From contig MTSL01000107.1 in assembly GCA_002794465.1 (NCBI GenBank), positions 1-32,000 of the forward strand: DNA of 32,000 nucleotides, in the 5' to 3' direction. A program made the position numbers and the translations under genes. Every line of letters starts with the position of its first letter. Position 1 is the stretch's first letter. Under the pieces are notes generated by a model. That model searched no databases and was not told where the DNA came from. It saw nothing but the letters and a program-made list of their open reading frames with translations. The DNA is from Paramicrosporidium saccamoebae KSL3. Its lineage: Eukaryota > Fungi > Cryptomycota. Positions 21,336 to 30,061 of this stretch are shown here, in pieces.

Positions 21336-22295
21336 TCATATCTGTAGAACCTCGGCACATTGATCAAACAAGTCTTGCAGATTAGATGCAGCTTCGCGCT
21401 GGAGTCTGATTTGCTCTTCCAGTTGGGATTTTCTATTTTTTTGCTCCAAGAGACGCTGCTGCCTCGCCAATGAACCATTCTGCCGAAAAGGTGCCTCTTC
21501 TGGGATGGCCTCGCCGTAATATTCAAAATTATCATCATGTGCTTCTTGGAAAGATAGGCGTCTCTCGGTGAAATCGCGTTTTTTAGAGCAAATCTGCTCT
21601 TCAAGCTTCTTAATGGACCGAGTCCCATCGTTTACCTTGGCTTCCAATTGTTGGATAATGTCTTGAAGCTTTGCTGCTCTTGTGTCTGAATCCATGATAA
21701 TTTCCTCAAAGTCCTTTTCCCCTGCTCCCGAGGCCTCGTAGTGTTCTTCAAAATGATCCTCTGACTGTTTAGACACAGTCACAGTCTCCCCAAATCCGAT
21801 CGCTTCTTCTGTTTTTAAGCTTTCAAGCAGGAATTCAGTCAATTCGAGGGCCTCGGCGTCAACTTCCTTCTCATGCGCGCTGCCCATCAGTCTGCGTAGA
21901 TACGCTTCTAGATCCTCAAATTCCAAAGCGTCCCCAATGGATGATAATAGAGGCGGCAAGGTTTCTGGCTCGCCGTGAAGATGAACTTTTCGATAGTTAC
22001 GGGTTGGAGTTGTAGGCGGAGTTATTGCCTCAGTGTGGTCCAGCATCAATTGTTCGGCTGATGTTTTTCTATTCCATCGATACGAACTTTTCGAGCCATT
22101 CACTCTCATGATGACATTTCTTTCAACCATCCTCGTCAATGCTTTTGTAGTAAAGGCTTTCCAGTTCGTGGGCAGTCTCAGGGGACCTTGGACATCTCTC
22201 TCTAGCGTAGTCAGAATGCTCCGCCAGTGGATGGTTCTTGTTTGTGACTTTGCAAATACGTGCTCCACAATTTGTTCATAGCTTGGTCTCCTCAT
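21336..22295 (-). CDS. Tandem paralog: H15-like winged helix plus coiled coil (~319 aa)
   Basis: First ATG at 22295: MRRPSYEQIVEHVF...LPTNWKAFTTKALTRMVERNVIMRVNGSKSSYRW. It shares the P.NWK....AL.R motif with its neighbour. Confidence 0.75.
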   Translation of the reverse strand: MRRPSYEQIVEHVFAKSQTRTIHWRSILTTLERDVQGPLRLPTNWKAFTTKALTRMVERNVIMRVNGSKSSYRWNRKTSAEQLMLDHTEAITPPTTPTRNYRKVHLHGEPETLPPLLSSIGDALEFEDLEAYLRRLMGSAHEKEVDAEALELTEFLLESLKTEEAIGFGETVTVSKQSEDHFEEHYEASGAGEKDFEEIIMDSDTRAAKLQDIIQQLEAKVNDGTRSIKKLEEQICSKKRDFTERRLSFQEAHDDNFEYYGEAIPEEAPFRQNGSLARQQRLLEQKNRKSQLEEQIRLQREAASNLQDLFDQCAEVLQI

Positions 22296-22385
22296 ATTTG
22301 CTCGCCGGGTCAAAGTTTACGAGCTTAATGTACCCGTGTAGCCAGAACCATGACTAAGCCTGACGGCACCATGTGATTGGCGGGA

Positions 22386-23612
22386 ATGAGTTCACTCTAC
22401 ACTTTTAACGGACGACTTGCTACTTTTAAAAAGGGCAGCTGGCCTCACAAGTCTGATTATGCTGCCACTCCAGAAACAGTACAACTGCCATCCTTGCTGA
22501 CCAGCTAGATGGCCATGGCCGGTTTCTACAATCGTCCGTTTCCTGGGTCACCAGACAATGTCTGCTGCTTCATGTGTAACAAGAATTTGGACGGCTGGGA
22601 GGCCAGCGACGAGGCCTGGATGGAACATGTCAAACACGCAGCCCATTGTCCACTAGTCCGACTGGATATTGAAGGCAGTCGTCTGTCCACATTCACCATC
22701 GATAACTGGCCACACTTTCACAATCCATCTCTGAATGCTGACAAAATGGCGCGTGCCGGGTTCTTTTACTGGCCTAAATTGCTCCCATCAAAGTCAGAAT
22801 GCGACGACACAAGTGTCTGCTTTCAATGCGGATTGGCTCTCGACGGGTGGGATGCAGATGACGACCCGCGACATGAGCACGCAAAACGGCGTCCAGAATG
22901 TCCGTATATTCGGAGCAATGTTGCCATCCGGCCGTGTTCATTCGAATTTCTGCTTGCCTCAAAACCGGATCAAAACGCTGTCCGACATATTAGTGCCAGG
23001 CCACAGCAGAAGCCCACAGATAAAACGTTTCAACTGCCCACAGTCGCAAAGAAGCCCCCCAAAGCGTCGAGGAAAGGATCAATTGCTCCCAAGTCTGTCG
23101 ATTACGAAGGAACGTCAAAGGCACCGGTGGTAAATGATTATGGGGGGACATTGATTGCACCGACAGGAAGTGGTTATGGGGAAACACTGGTCGTGCCGGT
23201 AGTGTGTGATGATAAGAAACAGTCTATTGCGCCGGTGGTGCGTGAGGAAAGAAAGGCTTCTATTGCTCCAGTGGGGCGCAATGAAAGAAAAACGTCCATT
23301 GCACCATCAGTGAGGAATACCCGAAAGTCATCCATTCTACTGCCAGCGGATGATGACAAAAAGGCGTCCGTTGTAAAATCCATGGTCGAGTCGACGCCTA
23401 AGCAATCTAGGAATTCAGTAGTGAAGAAGGCAAAAGTTTCCACAGACTCGATGCTGCTTACGGGCTTTGAATCAATAATGACAACGACTGATCTGGACAA
23501 GTCGTTAGAATCCTTCCTTGGACATTTAGTCTCCTCCAAACTATCACAATATGATAGGAGGACCGAATTGTTACTATCACAACTCAACGGCGAAGCTATT
23601 AAAGACTTGTAA
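22386..23612 (+). CDS. BIR1: Two-BIR-domain survivin/Bir1-like protein; 1 intron (22479-22508)
   Basis: BIR1: RLATFKKGSWPH...PET|MAMAGFY...VCCFMCNKNLDGWE...EHVKHAAHCP. BIR2: RLSTF...WPH...MARAGFF...VCFQCGLALDGWD...EHAKRRPECP. Both carry the CxxC...H...C zinc ligands. Confidence 0.92.
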
Positions 23613-23648
23613 TTTGTAGCTATAATGCTGGGAATTTTATTGCACTAC

Positions 23649-24809
23649 CTATTGCAATTGCTGTTGGGCATATCCCGCCTTTACAATTTGCTGCTGTCGA
23701 GTCGCCTGTTGCTGAGACACTTGCTGCTGTTGCTGTTGTGGTTGCTGTTGCTGCTGCTGTGATTGCTGCTGTGGTTGCTGCTGTTGTGGTTGCTGTTGTT
23801 GCTGCTGTGGTTGCTGTTGCTGCTGCTGTGGTTGCTGCTGCTGTTGCGCTACTTGAGGCTGTCCAGCAGTAGTAGAGGCCACGGCATTAAATTGATCGGC
23901 AAGCTGTTTCAATACTTGTCCTTGATCAGCTGGAACCACAGTAGCTACCCAAGTAGTCGAGTACATAGTCACAACACCTGGAGCCATTGTAGATGTGATT
24001 GTCTGCAGTACACATTGGGGAACCACAGTAGTGGTGGCAACTACAGTACTGACAAAGGGAACCACACGTCGGAGGGATGTCGAGATCATCGATGGGGTCG
24101 GAGTTGGAGTCGGGGTTGGGATAAAAGTCGCGGGTGTGGAAGCAGCTGGCGCCACCAGTTTGGGAGTAGCAATCGGCGTAGTTATCATCGGACTGTTTGA
24201 AGAGTTGGCCGGTGCAACCAGTTTGGGTGTTTCAGGACATGTAGTCACAGTAACCGTTACAGCTCCACTGATTGGTGTTGTCTTTGGAGTAGCCATCGAA
24301 GCTGTCAGCACTACAGTCGGAGTAGTGGCCCTTATTCCGCTTGATGTTGCAAATGCCACTGGCGTGGTAGGCGGGACCACCGGGACCAAAGGCGTAGCCG
24401 CCGGAGGAATAGAGGATATCGAAGGCGTAGTCACCGGAGTGACAGATGGAACCAAAGGGGCAGTGGCTGAAGTGACGGATGGAACCAAAGGAGCAGTGAC
24501 TGGAGTGACAGATGGAACCAAAGGAGCAGTGACTGGAGTGACAGATGGAACCACAGTAACAGTAACGGGAGCAACAGGTGGAACCAAAGGAGGTGCAACG
24601 GGCGCCTTTCCCATTGTGATCAGTATTGTAGTCATGGAAGTAGATGTACTAGTTGTAGTACAAGTGATCGATATGCTTGACTTGAGAGTCGGAGGAGCAT
24701 TCACTGGCGTGATCGTAGGAGCTGAAGCAGCTGGTGCGACTGGAGCAGCCGGAGCGGCATCGATACCGCCAACGAGTAATACACCAAAAAGCAATGTGTT
24801 CGGGATCAT
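23649..24809 (-). CDS. Secreted mucin-like Pro/Thr/Val/Ala-rich protein with a poly-Gln C-terminus
   Basis: ATG at 24809: MIPNTLLFGVLLVGGIDA|APAAP is a signal-peptide-like start. It contains PVTAPLVPSVT repeats and a Q-rich tail. Confidence 0.75.
   Translation of the reverse strand: MIPNTLLFGVLLVGGIDAAPAAPVAPAASAPTITPVNAPPTLKSSISITCTTTSTSTSMTTILITMGKAPVAPPLVPPVAPVTVTVVPSVTPVTAPLVPSVTPVTAPLVPSVTSATAPLVPSVTPVTTPSISSIPPAATPLVPVVPPTTPVAFATSSGIRATTPTVVLTASMATPKTTPISGAVTVTVTTCPETPKLVAPANSSNSPMITTPIATPKLVAPAASTPATFIPTPTPTPTPSMISTSLRRVVPFVSTVVATTTVVPQCVLQTITSTMAPGVVTMYSTTWVATVVPADQGQVLKQLADQFNAVASTTAGQPQVAQQQQQPQQQQQQPQQQQQQPQQQQPQQQSQQQQQQPQQQQQQVSQQQATRQQQIVKAGYAQQQLQ
23706..23850. repeat. CAG/CAA poly-Gln (QQQQQP)n tract within the mucin-like CDS
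   Basis: (tgc/tgt/ggt)n run on the forward strand. Confidence 0.9.
24430..24561. repeat. Four 33-nt tandem coding repeats (11 aa, PVTAPLVPSVT-like)
   Basis: GTGACTGGAGTGACAGATGGAACCAAAGGAGCA-like units start at 24430, 24463, 24496 and 24529. Confidence 0.92.
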
Positions 24810-25027
24810 TGTCAAGATATTCGTGTCGTCCAAGAGACTGAAATAACTATATGCTCGCCTCTGACAATTCGAATCAGGAATCATTTGTAACCAATCAGAT
24901 TTGCCACATTGTGTAAAAGTAGAACACCAATCCAATCCAATCTAATCTAATCCAACCCAATCCAGTCAGTCCAGGTCATACCTCACAGTATCCTGGGTTT
25001 TTAAACACAAGCATGCAGATAGTGCTG

Positions 25028-25834
25028 TTAACCGATAGAATTTAGTAAAATAAAGTTGCTTATTGAATCAACCAGCGAGTGCCTGGAAATAATCCCAGTC
25101 ACGATAGCCTCCAGTGACCGTTTCAGATCGGTTAATTCTGGAAAATGATTGGTCAGCGCTAGACAGTCCACCGGATCCCTCAGAGAATCAATGTCGGCCA
25201 CAATCTCTCCAAACTCTACATCTAAAGAGCACATTTGCATCAAATATTCAGTAGTACCTTTTAGAATGGCACACTTGTCTTGAAAGACGAGTTTCTCAAA
25301 ACTCGCCAACCGACCTGAGCGCTCTTCCAATGATTTGATAACAGTGCTCAAGGACCGGACTGCGTCTACCTCCTTCTCTCGCCGAGCCTGAACCACATCA
25401 GACGGCAAAGACGCAAGGTATTCAAGAGATTCGGACGTAACTGGACAATTCACGTCAGCATCTTTAGAAAATAGCAACGCTCGACGGCACGCGTTTAAAT
25501 TCCGGCCCTGTTCCCGATAGACCGCAGGCCGCAAAGCCGCAATTGATAAATTCTCCTGGCTAGTATTCTGCGCAAGTGGAGCAGGCTTTGAAAGGATTGG
25601 TCGGGCTTTTACTGGAGCAATTGCAATCTTTGGGGTTGGACAAGGCGCCGGAGCAATAGGAGTCACTTTGGGTTTGATAAGCGGGGCTTTGGACACTCTA
25701 CCAATGGCAGTTTTGCGTTTTTTTGGCGCTTGCTCAACAGCCATGCTTGGAGCGGTCCCGCGCTTCTTGAGGAGAAAGTCGCGCAGCTTTCCACGCATCT
25801 CTTGCGATTCCTCATTCTCCTTGTTATCGTTCAT
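25028..25834 (-). CDS. Hypothetical protein with an N-terminal KEN, a basic Pro-rich linker and a helical C-terminus
   Basis: First ATG at 25834 (MNDNKENEES...); divergent from CDC5; no recognised domain. Confidence 0.65.
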   Translation of the reverse strand: MNDNKENEESQEMRGKLRDFLLKKRGTAPSMAVEQAPKKRKTAIGRVSKAPLIKPKVTPIAPAPCPTPKIAIAPVKARPILSKPAPLAQNTSQENLSIAALRPAVYREQGRNLNACRRALLFSKDADVNCPVTSESLEYLASLPSDVVQARREKEVDAVRSLSTVIKSLEERSGRLASFEKLVFQDKCAILKGTTEYLMQMCSLDVEFGEIVADIDSLRDPVDCLALTNHFPELTDLKRSLEAIVTGIISRHSLVDSISNFILLNSIG

Positions 25835-25888
25835 TTGATTGAAACTGACCAATCAGCGCCGGGGTAACTGAACTTGACCGCGTTCCGT

Positions 25889-27189
25889 ATGAAACACACA
25901 CTCAAAGGTATTCTGTCCAAAAGTAAAGTAACCTGTTTGTAGGAGGGGTCTGGACCAATGTTGAAGATGAAATTCTCAAAGTGGCTGTTATGAAGTACGG
26001 CCGGAACCAGTGGGCACGCATCTCCTCTCTGCTGGTGCGCAAAACCCCCAAGCAGTGCAAGGCCCGCTGGAACGAATGGCTTGACCCACGGATCAAAAAG
26101 ACTGAGTGGAGCAAAGAGGAGGATGAAAAACTGCTGCATCTTGCCAAAGTGTTTCCCAGTCAATGGGGCACCATTTCCGACCTTGTGGGACGGACCTCAC
26201 AAATGTGTCTGGAGAGATATGAGAGACTTTTGGATGCTGCACAGAACGAGGAGGGGGAGGGGGCAGGCACCACACTTTCCGAGGCCCGAAAGTTGAGGCC
26301 GGGAGAGATAGACCCGAGTCCCGAGACCAAAGCCGCCCGTCCAGATCCAATAGATATGGACGAGGATGAGAAGGAAATGTTGGCAGAGGCACGTGCACGT
26401 TTGGCCAATACACAGGGCAAAAAGGCCAAGAGGAAGGCGAGGGAGAAGCTTCTGGACGAGGCGAGACGAGCAGCTGCCCTGCAGAAAAGGAAAGAATTGA
26501 TCGTTGCCGGTCTGCCAGGAATCGCAGTCAAGCAGACGGGGATGGACTATAACAACGAAATTCCCTTTGAACGGAAACCACAGCCCGGCCTATACGATCC
26601 CACTGAAGAGTTGGAAGGGGAAAGGCGGAATCATGAGGAACAGTCGCGGACAAGACAGAAAATAGGACCGACAAAAGAGGCCATCGAATTGGCAGAGCGA
26701 CGAAAGGACGTCCAGAAACAAAAGGAGCGTGTGGAAAAGGGTCATCTTCCTGCTGCTTTGGAACGCAAGCTCCGAGAACAGCAAGCAGCAAGGAGAGTGC
26801 CTCTCAGTCTCCCTGCTCCTCAGATTGGGGATGTCGAGTTGGAGCAAATTGCCAAGATTGGATATGCCAGTGAAGCTGCCAGATTGGCCGCTGAAGAATC
26901 TGCCACTCCGGCAGCATCCACCCTCCGGCCTAACGTGGCTATGACACCGCTATCTCATCGTGGAGGATCATATGGAGGCGCTACGCCGATGAGTTCCACT
27001 ATGAGTGTCACAACTGTAGGCAGAACCCCACTCCGCGATCAGTTGGGGATTAACGCAAGCATCAGACAACACGAACCGTTGGATTCTGCGTCAATGTTGG
27101 ATGCTTTTAATAAGAATCGACTAAGAGAAGCGTTCAAGTCGCTTCCCAAGCCCAAAAATGATTTTGACATTGTAGTTCCCGAAGAATAA
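25889..27189 (+). CDS. CDC5: Pre-mRNA splicing factor Cdc5/Cef1 (NTC), C-terminally short; 1 intron (25908-25942)
   Basis: MKHTLKG|[30 protein letters not shown]...[23 protein letters not shown] (two Myb repeats), [37 protein letters not shown]; ends at [14 protein letters not shown]. Confidence 0.96.
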
Positions 27190-27257
27190 ATCAACTGTTG
27201 CATAGCTTGAACTGTTTACGGGGAGTCTCGGTAATTGCAAGAGCCCATGCCCACTAT

Positions 27258-27576
27258 CTATGGCTCACAGATAAAAGGTCTTTCGATAGTTGTGGGGATC
27301 TACTACATTATATTTACCCTTGATGCTATTGTTGCGTAGTGGGGGATAAATAGTATAGTATGGACTGTCAGGCGGAAAGGGGGGGGGTTTGTTCACTGCT
27401 AATCCTAAAATAGTATGGATACACATCCCACTGTCCTCAAGTACCCAGCAACTAGGTCTTCTCCGAACTAATCAACCCTCTGCTTCTACGTCACACTATG
27501 ATCCACGGATAAAGGATCTCTCGATAGTAGTGGGGATCTGGTATATTTACCCTTGATGGTATGATCCCCAGATAAA
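27258..27576. repeat. Tandem array of ~63-68-nt units interrupted by a mobile element
   Basis: Unit 1 at 27258-27325, unit 2 at 27496-27558 and a partial unit 3 at 27559-27576. Shared core CTATG...GATAAA..GG..TCT.TCGATAGT.GTGGGGATCT...TATATTTACCCTTGATG. Confidence 0.85.
27330..27495 (-). mobile_element. Short TGT...ACA element, copy 3 (166 nt), with a CTAT TSD
   Basis: CTAT|TGTTGCGTAG...CTACGTCACA|CTAT. Its 66-nt core (27389-27454) matches 31015-31080 in inverted orientation with 5 mismatches. Confidence 0.85.
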
Positions 27577-27706
27577 TGAGCTCGCGGTAGCCATGATAAT
27601 ATACCATGTCTATTATATCTATGCCAGGCCATTCAATATCACGCTATGCTATGGATGGTGCACGGATAAGTAACTTTTTACCTCGGCAATTAATTTGTTA
27701 ACATAG

Positions 27707-28093
27707 ATGCTGCTACTCCGCTCGAGACTTCTGCCTCGTTTCGTCCCCCGAACCATAATCGTGCGCCATTCGCATGAAAACCCATATCCCACCATTCCCG
27801 AGTACGAATCACGCTGGACAACCTTTTTCAACTCTTCGGCCTACGACCAGTTTGAACTCCAACGGGGTCTGAACCATGCATTCAGTTTCGATATTGTGCC
27901 CACTGTGCCCGTGCTGGAGGCTGCATTGAGGGCGGCGAGACGACTAGGCGACTATGCCGCGGCGATGCGCGTATTTGGAGCGTTGAGGCAAAAGTGCAAG
28001 GACGACAAGGAGTATGAAGGGTATGTGAGACATCTAGACTCGCTCAAAACAGAACTTGGAATCTCGGCACCTGAAGACATTGGCCGAATGTAA
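27707..28093 (+). CDS. COX5A: Cytochrome c oxidase subunit 5A (yeast Cox6)
   Basis: Arg/Leu-rich mitochondrial presequence, then DQFELQRGLNHAFSFDIVPTVPVLEAALRAARRLGDYAAAMRVF...LKTELGISAPE. Confidence 0.93.
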   Translation: MLLLRSRLLPRFVPRTIIVRHSHENPYPTIPEYESRWTTFFNSSAYDQFELQRGLNHAFSFDIVPTVPVLEAALRAARRLGDYAAAMRVFGALRQKCKDDKEYEGYVRHLDSLKTELGISAPEDIGRM

Positions 28094-28226
28094 ACGTCAA
28101 TTAAATACTTGGCATTTCCAAGTTTGTCCCTAATACTATGCGAGTCTACTAATATATACCCGAGACCTCAATATTGCAAATTTCTAGCTTTATTAGCATG
28201 CGGATCTGCGCTGTAGAAATCCATTT

Positions 28227-30002
28227 CTAATCGTCGTACGGATCGTCAGCTTCGGTGGCATTAGTCCACATTGAGGGCTCCATGACCCCGTCAGCATTCT
28301 TCAATCTCTTCTGATAATGCAGTGTCAGTGGCTTAAACGACGCCTTTTTGCACGGCGTGTATCTGGGTAGGTATCCCAGGTTAGAATAACGTCCGTTCCA
28401 GATGACCATTTTCTGGAAACAGCGCATATATGTTGCATAGACCAAGGTGAGCCAGGTATCACATTGCCAATTCCTGAACTCGGGGGGAAAGTACCAGCCA
28501 AATATCTGCCAATGCGTCCTGGTCACCATGGTCATGGTCATTATTTTGCAATCAAACACCGGGTCGTTGGGACCCACCACGCCCAGACCTTGCTGACGGT
28601 CCAGCTGGCTGGCAAAGGTGTGCAACCAGCCAAATGAACTGAACCGCAGATCGTCATTTACTTGGTAAAAGTACTGGCAACCATCGGCCATGGCCATTGA
28701 GAAGAGAACATTCCAAATGTAGGCTACTGCACCCGACACTCCCAGGCGGACAAAATTGAGACGGACATTTGGGATCCCAAGATTGCGGAATGTTGCCTTT
28801 GCTTTCCCAACGATCCGTTTCATCAACTCGCGATTCTCATAGACCGGATCACCGTCATCGTAGCCCAGATAGAGGGACAATTCATAGCGCCTCAAGTCCT
28901 TCCATCCCAGCGAACGGGCCAGTGTAGGCAGAAAGATGCCCAAGAAGGGCAGATCCCAAAAGTTTGTGACTCCGCGTGAAGTTGTTGGGAATGCCAGTGC
29001 CACCCGTTTTAGAGGCTTCTTGGCTGCTACAATGGGCGGACGACGGTCCTTGAAGAATCGCCATCCATGATGTGCATCGTCCCGGAAACAAAGATTGCAC
29101 ATGTTGATTTTGTCCTCATCATCCCGTGGGGCCACCTGGTCAATCCCAAAGTCACTAGCCAATTCCAGGCGGCTCTCCCACTCTGCACAGCCCTTGGCTA
29201 AATATGGATCCCAGATGGCCTGAATCTCGCATCGGAAGGGCTCCATCTCTGCCACATAACCCTCCGCAATGACCTCACCATAGCACGAGTTCAGACGGAA
29301 ATAGCCATCAGTCTTTAACTTTTCTCTCATTCTCCCAAAAGTCTTTGCCCACATGGCGTTTCCTGTTTTCAAGAACACGGCGTGGCCATGCATTTGGACC
29401 ATTCGGCTAATAAGTGTTGCCCGTAGCGACTTTTCCCCTTCTGCGCTGAAAATTTCCCTATCAATTACCGAGTTCAAGTCTTCAGTCTTATTCAATGCCT
29501 GCATCCCCTCAAATATCCCATATGGTGTCAACACATCTTTGATATCCTGGTACACCACGTTACGCCAGAGCGTCATTTCATCAATTTCGCGGCGCTGAAA
29601 ACCATGGGCAAAGACGTGGATGATGGGCGGATGTTGGGAGACCAGTGGTCGCCAACGATGGATGGAACCCACAAGGTCGCGCAACTCGCGAAATTGGCCT
29701 TTGCCGGCAATCGTGAGGAACACTATATCTCGATACGGATCGATAATCTTTCGCACCCCCCATGGCATGGCAAGCGCCTTGGCAGGAGCTTTGACTGCGC
29801 TGGGCACAATTACATCCTTCTCAATCGTCTTCTTTTGTTGTGTGCCTGACACAATTGGCTTGACCCCTTCTGGTTCAAATACTGTTAGATTCCCATCCAC
29901 CTCTCCTACCATTGACTCTTCAATAACCAGCCAAGCAACTAGCCCCGCCACTACCCCGATAATGAACAGTACTATCCACCATCGGTTCCGAAGCGCAGCC
30001 AT
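28227..30002 (-). CDS. Type II membrane glycosyltransferase-like protein GT3 (intronless, 591 aa)
   Basis: TM segment WWIVLFIIGVVAGLVAWLVI, LRDLVGSIH domain, then RVALAFPTTSRG, YLGYDDGD, YFYQVNDD, GVVGPND and NWQCDTW. Confidence 0.87.
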   Translation of the reverse strand: MAALRNRWWIVLFIIGVVAGLVAWLVIEESMVGEVDGNLTVFEPEGVKPIVSGTQQKKTIEKDVIVPSAVKAPAKALAMPWGVRKIIDPYRDIVFLTIAGKGQFRELRDLVGSIHRWRPLVSQHPPIIHVFAHGFQRREIDEMTLWRNVVYQDIKDVLTPYGIFEGMQALNKTEDLNSVIDREIFSAEGEKSLRATLISRMVQMHGHAVFLKTGNAMWAKTFGRMREKLKTDGYFRLNSCYGEVIAEGYVAEMEPFRCEIQAIWDPYLAKGCAEWESRLELASDFGIDQVAPRDDEDKINMCNLCFRDDAHHGWRFFKDRRPPIVAAKKPLKRVALAFPTTSRGVTNFWDLPFLGIFLPTLARSLGWKDLRRYELSLYLGYDDGDPVYENRELMKRIVGKAKATFRNLGIPNVRLNFVRLGVSGAVAYIWNVLFSMAMADGCQYFYQVNDDLRFSSFGWLHTFASQLDRQQGLGVVGPNDPVFDCKIMTMTMVTRTHWQIFGWYFPPEFRNWQCDTWLTLVYATYMRCFQKMVIWNGRYSNLGYLPRYTPCKKASFKPLTLHYQKRLKNADGVMEPSMWTNATEADDPYDD

Positions 30003-30061
30003 CCTCTTGTTTACCCACTACACTTGCCATATTAAGCAATCCCCGCAGACCGGGGCTTGAA

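Noticed and set aside
27172-27205. Intron GTAGTT...CATAG rescuing a longer CDC5
   Set aside because: It would delete the conserved VVPE residues and give only an unrelated ~22-aa tail.
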